Origin: Candidatus Binataceae bacterium
GTDB lineage: Bacteria > Desulfobacterota > Binatia > Binatales > Binataceae
Direction: 5' to 3'
Assembly: GCA_050736615.1 (NCBI GenBank)
Contig: JBOHWL010000111.1
Location: 1-63,796, forward strand
Length of the DNA: 63,796 bases
Shown here in pieces: positions 34,881 through 44,547 of this stretch. Made by a program: the position numbers and the translations under genes. Position 1 is the first letter of the stretch. Every line of letters begins with the position of its first letter. A model generated the notes under the pieces. That model did not search any database. It was given only the letters and a program-made list of their open reading frames with translations, and was not told where the DNA came from.

Positions 34881-37800
34881 TTACCGCGTCGCGCTGATTG
34901 TGGCGCCTCCACGGACGGAGCTTTTGATCGCTTCGAGCAAGGTCGCCTTGCGTACCGGCTTGGCGATATGCGCGGTGCATCCTGCCGCCAGGCTGCGCTG
35001 CACCGCTTCATCCAGTGCGGAGGCGGTCAATGCGATAATTGGGGTTGGCTCCTGACGCTTTTCGCGTTCCCAAGCCCGAATCGTCTCGACCGCCGTGTAG
35101 CCATCCACCACCGGCATTTGAATGTCCATCAGCACCACGTCGTAATGCTTGCGCTTGAAGTGCTCGATGGCAATCTGGCCATTTTCCGCATGGTCCAATT
35201 GATAAGGCGTGTTTTTCAGATAGGCTGCGATCAACAGGCGATTATCAGGTGAGTCCTCGGCGAGCAGAATTTGAAGCCGCTTCGCCACAATCAGGCTCGC
35301 TATATTCGGCACGCCTTTGACGGTTCCATCACCGCTTCCGACGACCCTTGAAAAGGTCGCCGGGCTGTCGTTACGCGAGATGGTTGCCGCCGGGGCGACG
35401 ACAGTTGCCGTATCACCGGTTAAGCCCGCGATCGCATTCAGCAGATCGATGCGTCTGATCGGCTTTGCGACATAGCGGCAGCGCCCGACCGCATCCAGGC
35501 CAAGCGCACGCATGCGAGCGATTGCAGGATTGAGCGCGTCAGAGGTCAACATGAGCACGATCGCCGGCGCGCCGCCATCCGGGTACGAACCCAGAATTTG
35601 ACGCGCCAATTCGATTAAGTCTCCTGGCGGCATCCGACTGCCGAGCAACACGAGGTCGAAGGGGCGGTTGCCAGCTTTGGCGTTTGCAACTTTCTCGAGC
35701 ACCTGCACCGTGCGCTCGGCTTCCAATATTTCGAGTCCGGCCGGTTCGAGCAGGTCGCGAATGATCAATCGATTGATCGAAGCGGGATCGGCGACGAGCA
35801 CGCGCCGGTCTGATAATCCGCATAGAGTCGGGCGCGAAGGCGGCCGCGCGTTAGCCGTCTTGAGCCCGGCGCTGGTCGTGCCGGGCTCGCCGTGCGCGAT
35901 CGTCAAAGGGACGGTGACGATGAAGCGGCTGCCCCGCCCGGGGTTGCTGTCGACGTTGATTTCGCCGTTCATGAGCTCAACCAGGCGCTTTACGATCGTC
36001 AGGCCGAGTCCGCTGCCGCCGTATCTTCTCGCGGTAGATCGATCCGCTTGGGTGAAACTCGAAAAAATCGTCGCCAACTGTTCCCGCGCGATACCAATGC
36101 CGGTATCCGACACGGTGAAACGCAAACGCACCCGATTCGGCTCAGGCCGCGAGTGGTCCGGGCCCGGCGCGCTCGGCAGCGGTTCGATAGTGAGGGTAAC
36201 TTCACCACTTTCTGTGAATTTGATCGCGTTGCCGATGAGATTGATCAGCACCTGGCGCAGCCGCATCGGATCGCCAATCACCTCGAGCGGCACGCTGTTC
36301 ATCGTACGGCCCGCCAACTCGAGCCCCTTTCCATGGGCGTGCGGGCCGAGCGTCCCGAGCACCCGATCGACGAGTTCGTCGAGTTGAAACGGGATGTTTT
36401 CCAGGCTGAGCCGTCCGCTTTCGATTTTCGCCAGGTCCAGGATGCCGTTGATCAAATCCAGCAGCGCGCCGCCGTTAGTGCGCATCGTATCGAGGTAATG
36501 GCGTTGTTCGAGGCTGAGCGGTGTGTCCCACAGCAGGTCAACCATACCCAGGATCGCGTTCATGGGTGTGCGGATCTCATGGGACATGCTGGAAAGAAAC
36601 TCGGATTTGGCGTGCGAAGCGGCCAGCGCGGCTTCGCGCGCGCGGATCATCTCGCGTTCTATGCGTTTTCTGCGCGAGATGTCCTGCGACATCGTGATCA
36701 CGCACGGCTCACCATCGATATCAACCACGGCGGCGGATAACTGCAATGGCACCACCGCGCCGCCTTTGCGGCGCACTTCGGCTTCCGCCTCGGCGACCGC
36801 GCCGGTTTTGTCGAGCGAACGCGCCAATGTGATCAGTTGCTCGCGATCGACCCAGTTGGTGACGTCCTGAAACGCACGACCGCGCAATTCCTCCCAGCGG
36901 TAATCGAAAATGCGCAGGAACTCGCGGTTGGCGCCGACAAAGCGGCCGTCGGCCTTACGCACAATCGCAATCGCCACCAAGGTGGTGTCAAAAATCTTGC
37001 GCAAGGTGGCTTCACTCTCCCGCACCTTGCGCTGTGCTATCTCACGTTCGGCAATTTCCGCGCGTAATTGACGCTGGCTGTCGCTCAACGCCACGATCCG
37101 AGCGTCGAGTTCCTCACGCGCGGCCAAAAGCTGCTGGCGGGCCAATTTGTATTCGCTCACTTCGCGCGTAATTGTCAAAATACAGGGCTGGTACTCCAGC
37201 TCAACTATCGTGCCCGAGACCAGGTATGGGCGGACCGTGCCATCCTTGCTGCGCAGATCGACTTCCAAATTGCGCACGGAACCGTCGCGGTCCAGCCGTT
37301 TCTGATATTCGCGAAGTTGCCCGCGATGTGCCCAAATTGGCAGGTCACGCAGCAATCTGCCTTCCAGCTCGCCGCGGCTGAAGCCGCTGATGCGCACGAA
37401 TTCGTCGTTAAAGTGGAGCAGCCGGGCCTCGGCGGAGTTGGTCACCGCAATAGCATCGGGACTGGTCTCGAAAATGCGCCTTAGCGCGGCTTCGCTCTGC
37501 TGCGCCCGGAGTTCGGCGGTCTTACGTTCGGCCACTTCCGCATGCAGCCGTTCGTGGTTGCGGCGCAAGGCCTCGACGCGATTTTTCAGCTCTTCCCGCG
37601 CCTCCACCAATTCGCTTTGAGTCTGTTTGATTTGCGTGATATCGCGGGTGAAGGAAACCACGCACGGCTGTCCATCCACTTCGATCATGTTGGTCGAAAT
37701 CAAAAAAGGACGAATCACTCCGTTCTTACTGCGCAGCATCGCCTCATAATTGCGGATGACGCCGTGGCTGGCGCGCAGGCGTTTGGTAAATCCGGCGCGC

Positions 37801-38717
37801 TCATCGCCGCTGGCCCAGATGCGGAAGCCGGTCACGCTGGAATTGAGCGCCTGCTCGCGTGAGTATCCCGAATCGTCGGTGAAGGCCTGGTTCACATCCA
37901 CGTAACAGCCGTTGTCGAGCCGGGTAATCGCGATAGCGTCGAGACTGGCGTCAAAGATTGCGCGGAATTTCGCTTCACTTTGCGCCAATTGGCGTTGTGC
38001 GCGCGCGTGCTCAGCGTCCAGCGTCCGGCGCACTTCCATTTCGGCGATTAGTTCGTCGCGGCTCTGGCGCAACGCGCCCATCCGCTGCGACGCTTCGAGA
38101 CGATCGTTGGAACGGATCAAGGCCGCGAAATGAGCAAGCACGGCCATCGCCGCCAGTCCGGTCCAACTATAGATGGCGGCGGCGTCCATGTTTGGTGCAA
38201 AAGCCCATTGCACCCCCATCGCGGCGATTCCACAAAAGCTGAGCAGACTCTGCCAGCGTGCGCTCCACGGCATCAACGCGGCGCACCCCATCATGGTAAA
38301 GAGAACGACTATCAACAGCGGTTGCGCATCTCCGCGGAGGATGCCGATGGTGGCGGTGGAGGCGAATATCACGCTCGAAAGCGCGAGCGTCAGTTCGCGC
38401 CAATGGCGATCGAATAATGGCCGCCCCACCAAAAGCAGGAAGACGCCGCAAGCGGCAATCGCAACCAGATGAAATCCGAGAAGCGGCGAGGCCCAGCGCG
38501 AAATTTGCCTCGCGTCAACCGCCAGATAGACGAGCAGGAAAAGCAGCAAGGAACCCGACGCCAAACGGACATAAAGCGGGGTAACCAGGCGGCGGAGTGA
38601 ATCGCTCTCACTTTCGCCTGTCGGCGCGGGCCGGCTCGCACGGTCAGCCACATCGGTCAATTCACTATCGCCAGTGATTGAGATTGGGTTTTTGGCGCTT
38701 ACCGCCTCTGGCGCCAT
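34881..38717 (-). CDS. hybrid sensor histidine kinase: multi-TM N-terminus, three PAS domains, HisKA, HATPase_c, a pseudo-receiver and a receiver
   Basis: About six hydrophobic helices. PAS starts at SEAKFRAIFDASLDAIAI, SEAALRRIFETSPDAIAV and SEATLRKIFDTTLVAIAI. H-box SMSHEIRTPMNAILG. G-boxes DTGIGI and GGSGLGL. REC1 reads FDLVLLGSRMP and REC2 reads YDVVLMDIQMPVVDG. ATG 38717 has GAGG upstream (the track ORF starts at TTG 38810). Confidence 0.9.
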   Translation of the reverse strand: MAPEAVSAKNPISITGDSELTDVADRASRPAPTGESESDSLRRLVTPLYVRLASGSLLLFLLVYLAVDARQISRWASPLLGFHLVAIAACGVFLLLVGRPLFDRHWRELTLALSSVIFASTATIGILRGDAQPLLIVVLFTMMGCAALMPWSARWQSLLSFCGIAAMGVQWAFAPNMDAAAIYSWTGLAAMAVLAHFAALIRSNDRLEASQRMGALRQSRDELIAEMEVRRTLDAEHARAQRQLAQSEAKFRAIFDASLDAIAITRLDNGCYVDVNQAFTDDSGYSREQALNSSVTGFRIWASGDERAGFTKRLRASHGVIRNYEAMLRSKNGVIRPFLISTNMIEVDGQPCVVSFTRDITQIKQTQSELVEAREELKNRVEALRRNHERLHAEVAERKTAELRAQQSEAALRRIFETSPDAIAVTNSAEARLLHFNDEFVRISGFSRGELEGRLLRDLPIWAHRGQLREYQKRLDRDGSVRNLEVDLRSKDGTVRPYLVSGTIVELEYQPCILTITREVSEYKLARQQLLAAREELDARIVALSDSQRQLRAEIAEREIAQRKVRESEATLRKIFDTTLVAIAIVRKADGRFVGANREFLRIFDYRWEELRGRAFQDVTNWVDREQLITLARSLDKTGAVAEAEAEVRRKGGAVVPLQLSAAVVDIDGEPCVITMSQDISRRKRIEREMIRAREAALAASHAKSEFLSSMSHEIRTPMNAILGMVDLLWDTPLSLEQRHYLDTMRTNGGALLDLINGILDLAKIESGRLSLENIPFQLDELVDRVLGTLGPHAHGKGLELAGRTMNSVPLEVIGDPMRLRQVLINLIGNAIKFTESGEVTLTIEPLPSAPGPDHSRPEPNRVRLRFTVSDTGIGIAREQLATIFSSFTQADRSTARRYGGSGLGLTIVKRLVELMNGEINVDSNPGRGSRFIVTVPLTIAHGEPGTTSAGLKTANARPPSRPTLCGLSDRRVLVADPASINRLIIRDLLEPAGLEILEAERTVQVLEKVANAKAGNRPFDLVLLGSRMPPGDLIELARQILGSYPDGGAPAIVLMLTSDALNPAIARMRALGLDAVGRCRYVAKPIRRIDLLNAIAGLTGDTATVVAPAATISRNDSPATFSRVVGSGDGTVKGVPNIASLIVAKRLQILLAEDSPDNRLLIAAYLKNTPYQLDHAENGQIAIEHFKRKHYDVVLMDIQMPVVDGYTAVETIRAWEREKRQEPTPIIALTASALDEAVQRSLAAGCTAHIAKPVRKATLLEAIKSSVRGGATISATR

Positions 38718-39103
38718 CACAGCCTCTGTAAGTTCTTTGCAGGCCAAATTGTTGGCGCCTTGTGCCCGATGATTGTCACGGGGATGTAATCGTTGTGGAA
38801 AATCCGTCAATTACGGGCGCGAACAGAACGGAAAAGCTGGGCATCGCCAAAGAATGACGATACCAGCATTTATTAGCAATTGGCGTTTAGTAAAGGCAAT
38901 GCCCTTTTTTACGCTGAATCAGACGCATAAACCATGCAAATGGCGTCTGCAAAGGGCAACCCGACGCAACGCTTCATGTTGGGTTGGATCTTCGAATGGA
39001 AGAAAATCGAATGCCACCGAAGTGGATTCAGCCCGCTGATACAAATCTATCCGTCGACGGTCCTTGCCATCCGGCTACAACGGCCGCAGGGCCGTATGAT
39101 TGA

Positions 39104-39670
39104 TTAAGGACCGGTCGGAAGACTGGCCGGCTCCGCGCGCGTGTGGTCAATTTGCGGAGGTTGGGGCTGGTCCCATTGCCGTGACTGGTCTTTGGCACCC
39201 CCGACGCTGGCGACGACGATGCTCGTGATTAGCATGCCCTGCGCATAGCGGGGTCCGCCCACAATCAGCACGCCACCATCCATCAGTTTGAGGTCGGTGG
39301 TCATGATCGGCCGTGAGCCCTGAAACAGCATCAGCTCCATCGTGATCATGTTACCTTCGACCGAGCGCGGCGCGATGTGCAGGATACGCCCGCCGGGAAG
39401 ATTAAAGGACAGCATCCGTCCGCAAACCGCTTCCTGTTCCTGATGGCGCACGAGGCGATAGGTGCTGTAATCGAACAGCGCCTTGAAGCGTTCGGCCATA
39501 TGCGGATTGAGCCGCTGATCCATGCCTTCGTGAGTATCGGCGGCGAGAACCGAATCGACGCGCACACGGACCACCCGCGGTTTCTTGCTCTTGGCGCTCG
39601 CCTGACCTGCTCCAAGAATACAAACGGCGCACAGCCCCAGCAGAAAACTTAGCGTCTTGCCGCGTCGCAT
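39104..39670 (-). CDS. hypothetical secreted protein co-transcribed with ECF sigma/anti-sigma
   Basis: Start placed at MRRGKTLSFLLGLCAVCILGAGQASA (signal peptide), 5 nt after the anti-sigma stop. No family was recognised. Confidence 0.55.
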   Translation of the reverse strand: MRRGKTLSFLLGLCAVCILGAGQASAKSKKPRVVRVRVDSVLAADTHEGMDQRLNPHMAERFKALFDYSTYRLVRHQEQEAVCGRMLSFNLPGGRILHIAPRSVEGNMITMELMLFQGSRPIMTTDLKLMDGGVLIVGGPRYAQGMLITSIVVASVGGAKDQSRQWDQPQPPQIDHTRAEPASLPTGP

Positions 39671-39675
39671 AACAC

Positions 39676-40287
39676 CTACGGCTGCTGATCCGGTACCCAT
39701 ATCACCGTCGTATCGGTACGAGGTTCGCTCCATACCGCGACCGACGGACTGTCGGCCTCCAGCCGTGAGATGATTGCCTTCGAACTGTCCGGTCCCAGAT
39801 TAATTGCCGGGCCGAGTGGATCGCTGACGGGCGCCGAGGCCACGGGTTGGATGTTCACATAAGGCTGATGGTTGCGCGCAATCAGGATGGTCGCCGGTTC
39901 GACATTGGTGATTTTTCGCGCCGCCACATTACGCGCCACCGGCGTCATCAGCACCACCGTGACTGCGGCGGCGGCGGCGGCCGCCACGCCCATCGCGGCG
40001 GCCGCGCCCAGGCGTTCGCCGAAACGATTAAAGTAACAAGCCAGACGCGTGCTGAAGGGCACGCCAAGGTGTTGGATGCGCGCGGTGACGACGTCGGCAA
40101 ACCCACCAAGCGCGGGCGCGACGGCATCTTCGCGCAGCAATGAACCGAGCGCGCGATATTTGCTCAGGGTCGTCTCGCACCGTACGCATCCGGCCAGATG
40201 GCGCGCCACCTGTTGCATTTCGGCAGGGGATAGTTCGGCATCCTCGAAAGGGCCGAGCAGCGGAATCATTTCGTTGCAGAGGGCCAT
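39676..40287 (-). CDS. anti-sigma factor (zf-HC2 type), single-pass membrane protein
   Basis: The H-x3-C-x2-C motif in ARHLAGCVRCE, and a central TM (AAAAMGVAAAAAAAVTVVLM). Start placed at MALCNEMIP, 8 nt after the sigma stop. Confidence 0.7.
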   Translation of the reverse strand: MALCNEMIPLLGPFEDAELSPAEMQQVARHLAGCVRCETTLSKYRALGSLLREDAVAPALGGFADVVTARIQHLGVPFSTRLACYFNRFGERLGAAAAMGVAAAAAAAVTVVLMTPVARNVAARKITNVEPATILIARNHQPYVNIQPVASAPVSDPLGPAINLGPDSSKAIISRLEADSPSVAVWSEPRTDTTVIWVPDQQP

Positions 40288-40295
40288 CCCGTTTC

Positions 40296-40874
40296 TCAGC
40301 CTTCGCCCAGATCCTTGAGAATCCCTCGCAGCCGGCCGCGCGCGTAATGCAAACGGCTCATCACTGTCCCGCGCGGACACTGTAATACTTCACTGATCTC
40401 GTCGTAGGACAGTCCTTCAACTTCCCGTAGCAGTATCACGGCGCGATGTTCCGGCGTCAACTCATTAAGCGCCGCCCGGAGGCGCTGACTGAGTTCACCG
40501 CGCGCGGTTTCATTGAAAGAATCTCCGCTGTTACTCGGCATCCGACGTAATTCATTTTCCGCCTCTTCACCGCGCAGCACGGTATGACGGCCTTCGCGGC
40601 GGCGAAAATCGATGGCGAGGTTGGCGGCGATACGATAAAGCCACGTCGAGAAGCTGGAGCGTGACTCGAACTTGCCAAGATTTTCATACGCGCGGACGAA
40701 CGTCTCCTGAGCCAGTTCAATCGCGTCATCCTGATTATGCACTACCGCGAGCGCCACTCCGACCACCCGCCGTTGATAACGTTCGACCAATACGCTGAAA
40801 GCCTGCGAGTCACGTTTTCTGGCCCGCTGGATAAGCTCGGTCTCGTCAAGCTCTGGGGGCGCTGGCTTTCTCAA
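40296..40874 (-). CDS. ECF-family RNA polymerase sigma-70 factor
   Basis: Region 2 FSVLVERYQRRVVGVALAVVHNQDDAIELAQETFVRAY..FSTWLYRIAAN. Region 4 LLREVEGLSYDEISEVLQCPRGTVMSRLHYAR. TTG start. Confidence 0.9.
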   Translation of the reverse strand: MRKPAPPELDETELIQRARKRDSQAFSVLVERYQRRVVGVALAVVHNQDDAIELAQETFVRAYENLGKFESRSSFSTWLYRIAANLAIDFRRREGRHTVLRGEEAENELRRMPSNSGDSFNETARGELSQRLRAALNELTPEHRAVILLREVEGLSYDEISEVLQCPRGTVMSRLHYARGRLRGILKDLGEG

Positions 40875-40922
40875 AAGGGTTAGACGCGCAAAGAGTGAAG
40901 AAATTCACGCCGCTTTGACACG

Positions 40923-43544
40923 TCAGGCGTGGCTTTCAAGCTCGGCCCAGTTCGGTCCGCAGTTGAGCGCCACCTTGAGTGGCACGCTTAGCACCGCCGC
41001 CCCTTCCATCGCCTCCCTGAGCACCGCGCAGGTCTCATCGACGCTGCCACAATCGGCTTCAATCAGCAATTCGTCATGCACCTGCAGCACGAGCCGGGCG
41101 CGCAACTCGCGTCGCCGCAGCATGGTATCGCAACGCACCATCGCCAATTTTATCAGATCAGCCGCGGTTCCCTGGATCGGCGTGTTGATGGCGATGCGTT
41201 CGGCCTGGGCGCGCGCCCCACCATCCGGTGCATTGAGTTCCGGCAAGTAGCGCCGCCGTCCGTACATCGTCGTGACGTAACCACGCTCGCGCGCCTTGCG
41301 CGGCGTCTCTTCGAGATAGCGGCGCACGCCGGGAAGCCGCTCGAAATAGCGTTTGATGTATTCCGTGGCTTTCGTCAACGGGATCGCGAGCTCGGCCGCG
41401 AGCCGCGCCGGTCCCATCCCGTAGATGATGCCGAAATTGATGACCTTCGCAAGACGGCGAGCCTCGCCGCCGGACAGGCTTGCACCGAGAATCTCCGCCG
41501 CAGTGCGGGTGTGAATATCCTCGTCACGCTGGAAAGCGTCGGTGAGCGTGGGGTCGCCCGACAGATGGGCGAGTATGCGCAGCTCAATCTGCGAGTAATC
41601 GGCGGATAGCAAAACGAAGCCCGGTTGCGCCACGAAAGCCCGCCGAATCCGTCGTCCCTCCTCGCTACGCGTGGGAATATTTTGCAAGTTGGGCTGGCTT
41701 GAGCTGAGGCGGCCAGTCGCCGTAAGGGCCTGATGAAAGGAAGTATGGACGCGCCCGTCGGCTGGATCGATCAGTGCGGCCAGCGCGTCGCTATAAGTTG
41801 ATTTGAGCTTCGCGAGTGTGCGGTATTCGAGCAGTTTAACCGGTAACGGATGTACCTGCGCGAGCTTTTCCAGAGCGTCGGCGTCGGTCGAATAGCCGCT
41901 CTTGGTTTTTTTAAGCCCCTTGACCGGCAGCTTCAATTCCGTGAACAAGACCTGGCGCAGTTGAGCCGGTGAACTGAGATTGAATTCCCGGCCGGCCAAT
42001 TCGAAGCACTCGTGCTCCAGCTTTGCGAGTTGTGCGCCGAATTCGCGTGACATCGTGTGCAGCGCGCCCGCATCGACGCCGATCCCGCAGCGTTCCATCG
42101 CGGCCAGAATACGGGCGACTGGCAGTTCAATTTCGGTGAAGAGCCGCGTCAGTTCGTACTCCTCCAGCCGCGCCGCCAGCCGCGCGCACAGCGCTTCGAC
42201 GATAGCGGGTTCCGCACCAACCGCCGCCGCGCCACCCAAGGGCGCCAGATGTTCGTGGTAGGCCGTCTCGAGCGACGGTTCGGGACGCCCGGGGTTGATT
42301 AGAAAGGCTGCCAACATCGTGTCGAACTCGACTTCGGGCAGATCGATATCATAGCGGCGCAGGCGCGCGAGATGGCTTTTCAAATCGTGGCAAGCCTTGG
42401 GGATGGCGCCGTTGAGTAGCGGCGCGGCCTGTCCAATCAGCGCCGAAGAAAGCGTGAACGTTTCCGCCTGCTCGAGACCCTTGAGCTTTAAAACCTCGCG
42501 GTCATGCTCGGCTCCGAGCGCAAGCTGGCCGTTGGTATCGTCCGCCTGATTCCCCAAGTGGAGTGACAATCGTGCGCTGGCGCGGAGTCGCTCAAGGATT
42601 CCACCGAGCATCCCGGCGTCGGCACGGATTTCCTTGTCGCCCCGCACGTGCGGGATCGCGGCTTGCGCGGGAGTCAGTTCAGCCAGCAGCGAACCGAACT
42701 CCAATTCGCGCAGTAAGTCCGCCACCGCCTGATGGTCGATCCCGGGCCAGGCCAAATCCGCCGGCGTGAGCGCGAGCGGCACGGCGGTGTCGATGCGCAC
42801 GAGCTTGCGCGCCAGTTCCACGCTTGAACGATGTTCCGCGATCAGGCCCGCGCATTTTTTGGCACCGCGAATGCCGCTTTCCTCGAGATGGTCGAGGCCG
42901 GCGAAGAGCGCTTCCAGATTGCCATAATGGCGAATCAGCGCACTGGCGGTTTTTTCGCCTACGCCAGGAACGCCTTTGACATTATCAATCGCGTCGCCCA
43001 TCAAGGCCATGATGTCGACCAGCGCGCGCGGCTCGACGCCGAACCGTTCACGCACTTCGCGCGCGCCGGTGTGCTTGTCGCGCATGGTATCCCACAGGTT
43101 GATATTGGGTCCGGCGAGCTGCATGAAATCCTTGTCGGCGGTCACGATTACGGTATTGAAACGTTCCCGGGCCGTGCCCACGGCGAGGGTGCCGATGACG
43201 TCATCGGCCTCATAGCCGTCGAGCGTGATGCTGGCGATACGGAAGGCGTCCACCGCGCGATGGATGTAAGGAATTTGGGCGACCAGATCGTTGGGCGTCT
43301 CGGGACGGTTGGCCTTGTAGGATTCGAACAGGTCGTCGCGAAAGGTCTTTTTGACGGAATCGAACACCACCGCGATATGGCTGGGCCGCGCATCCTTGAG
43401 CAGCTTCAGCAACATCCGGATAAAGCCAAAACTCGCGTTAGTGGGTAGTCCACGCGAATTGTTGAGTTGGGGCAGGGCGAAAAAGGCGCGGAAGATATAT
43501 CCCGAGCCATCCACCAGGTAAACCGTGCGTCGCTCATCCGCCAT
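40923..43544 (-). CDS. polA: DNA polymerase I
   Basis: The 5' nuclease N-terminus YLVDGSGYIFRAFFAL. Polymerase motifs LLSADYSQIELRILAH, RRLAKVINFGIIYG and LQVHDELLIE. 873 aa. Confidence 0.95.
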   Translation of the reverse strand: MADERRTVYLVDGSGYIFRAFFALPQLNNSRGLPTNASFGFIRMLLKLLKDARPSHIAVVFDSVKKTFRDDLFESYKANRPETPNDLVAQIPYIHRAVDAFRIASITLDGYEADDVIGTLAVGTARERFNTVIVTADKDFMQLAGPNINLWDTMRDKHTGAREVRERFGVEPRALVDIMALMGDAIDNVKGVPGVGEKTASALIRHYGNLEALFAGLDHLEESGIRGAKKCAGLIAEHRSSVELARKLVRIDTAVPLALTPADLAWPGIDHQAVADLLRELEFGSLLAELTPAQAAIPHVRGDKEIRADAGMLGGILERLRASARLSLHLGNQADDTNGQLALGAEHDREVLKLKGLEQAETFTLSSALIGQAAPLLNGAIPKACHDLKSHLARLRRYDIDLPEVEFDTMLAAFLINPGRPEPSLETAYHEHLAPLGGAAAVGAEPAIVEALCARLAARLEEYELTRLFTEIELPVARILAAMERCGIGVDAGALHTMSREFGAQLAKLEHECFELAGREFNLSSPAQLRQVLFTELKLPVKGLKKTKSGYSTDADALEKLAQVHPLPVKLLEYRTLAKLKSTYSDALAALIDPADGRVHTSFHQALTATGRLSSSQPNLQNIPTRSEEGRRIRRAFVAQPGFVLLSADYSQIELRILAHLSGDPTLTDAFQRDEDIHTRTAAEILGASLSGGEARRLAKVINFGIIYGMGPARLAAELAIPLTKATEYIKRYFERLPGVRRYLEETPRKARERGYVTTMYGRRRYLPELNAPDGGARAQAERIAINTPIQGTAADLIKLAMVRCDTMLRRRELRARLVLQVHDELLIEADCGSVDETCAVLREAMEGAAVLSVPLKVALNCGPNWAELESHA

Positions 43545-43763
43545 GATGATTCATTCTCCACAGTAATCATCGCGCGGCTCCAGCAAAAGCCCACGCTGGT
43601 CCGATTTGGCGTATTGACACTCCGGGTCAAGGCGGCTTAATTAAGCGATTGCTTCATTCGCAATCGAATAATCGTGTCTCGTTATCGTCACTAATGGCTG
43701 GATTCGGAGTAATCGCCGCAATTTGGGCGCGGCCGAACGCGCGTCGCGCACCAGGCACGCAGG

Positions 43764-44531
43764 ATGATAGAGGTTAAAAACCTAAGCAAGTCATACGGTA
43801 GTTTCCTCGCCGTCGAGAATATCTCATTTAAAGCCGAACGTGGGCAAATTCTGGGCTTTCTCGGTCCCAACGGCGCGGGAAAGACCACCACGATGCGGAT
43901 CATCACCGGTTTTATGCCGGCCAGTTCGGGCACTGTCGAGATTGATGGGCTCGATATTTTCGCCAAATCTCTCGAAGCACGAAAACGCATCGGCTATCTG
44001 CCCGAGGCCCCGCCGTTGTACGGAGACATGCGGGTCGAATCGTATTTGCAATTCGTCGCGCGTTTGCGCGGCGTCAAGCGCGCGGCGGTGGAGGGTGCGG
44101 TTGAGCACGTGGTGGACGTCTGCGGCCTGCGCGAGATGTCCGGGCGCATCTGCGGTCAGCTCTCAAAAGGCTACCGCCAGCGGGTTGGATTGGCCCAGGC
44201 CTTGATTCATGATCCGCCGGTGCTGGTGCTGGACGAACCCACCATCGGCCTCGATCCACGCCAGATTCACGAAATCCGCGAACTGATTCGCGGCTTGGCC
44301 GGCGAACGCACGATCGTATTGTCGACTCACATCCTGCCCGAGGTCTCACAAATTTGTGACCGGGTGGTGATTATCAACGAGGGTCATATCGTACTGGAAG
44401 AGCAATTAGCCAATCTGCCCAGCGGCAGTTCCCTGGAGGAGGTTTTTCTTCATGCGATCGCCAAGGAAGGGCATCTCGCCGGCGCCTCAGTCGAGGAAAC
44501 GCTGGAAGAGGTGGGGGCGGGACGCGATTAG
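43764..44531 (+). CDS. ABC transporter ATP-binding protein (GldA-like, ABC-2 subfamily)
   Basis: GPNGAGKTT, LSKGYRQRVGLA, LVLDEPTIGLD. Confidence 0.9.
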   Translation: MIEVKNLSKSYGSFLAVENISFKAERGQILGFLGPNGAGKTTTMRIITGFMPASSGTVEIDGLDIFAKSLEARKRIGYLPEAPPLYGDMRVESYLQFVARLRGVKRAAVEGAVEHVVDVCGLREMSGRICGQLSKGYRQRVGLAQALIHDPPVLVLDEPTIGLDPRQIHEIRELIRGLAGERTIVLSTHILPEVSQICDRVVIINEGHIVLEEQLANLPSGSSLEEVFLHAIAKEGHLAGASVEETLEEVGAGRD

Positions 44532-44547
44532 CCGCCCGCTATAAGCA

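Noticed and set aside
40880-40908. An ECF-type promoter look-alike (TGAATTT-N14-CGTCTAA on the minus strand) in the 48-nt polA-sigma gap.
   Set aside because: The -10-like element ends only about 5 nt before the TTG start. That would require a leaderless mRNA with a non-AUG start, which is implausible. It is kept only as a note.
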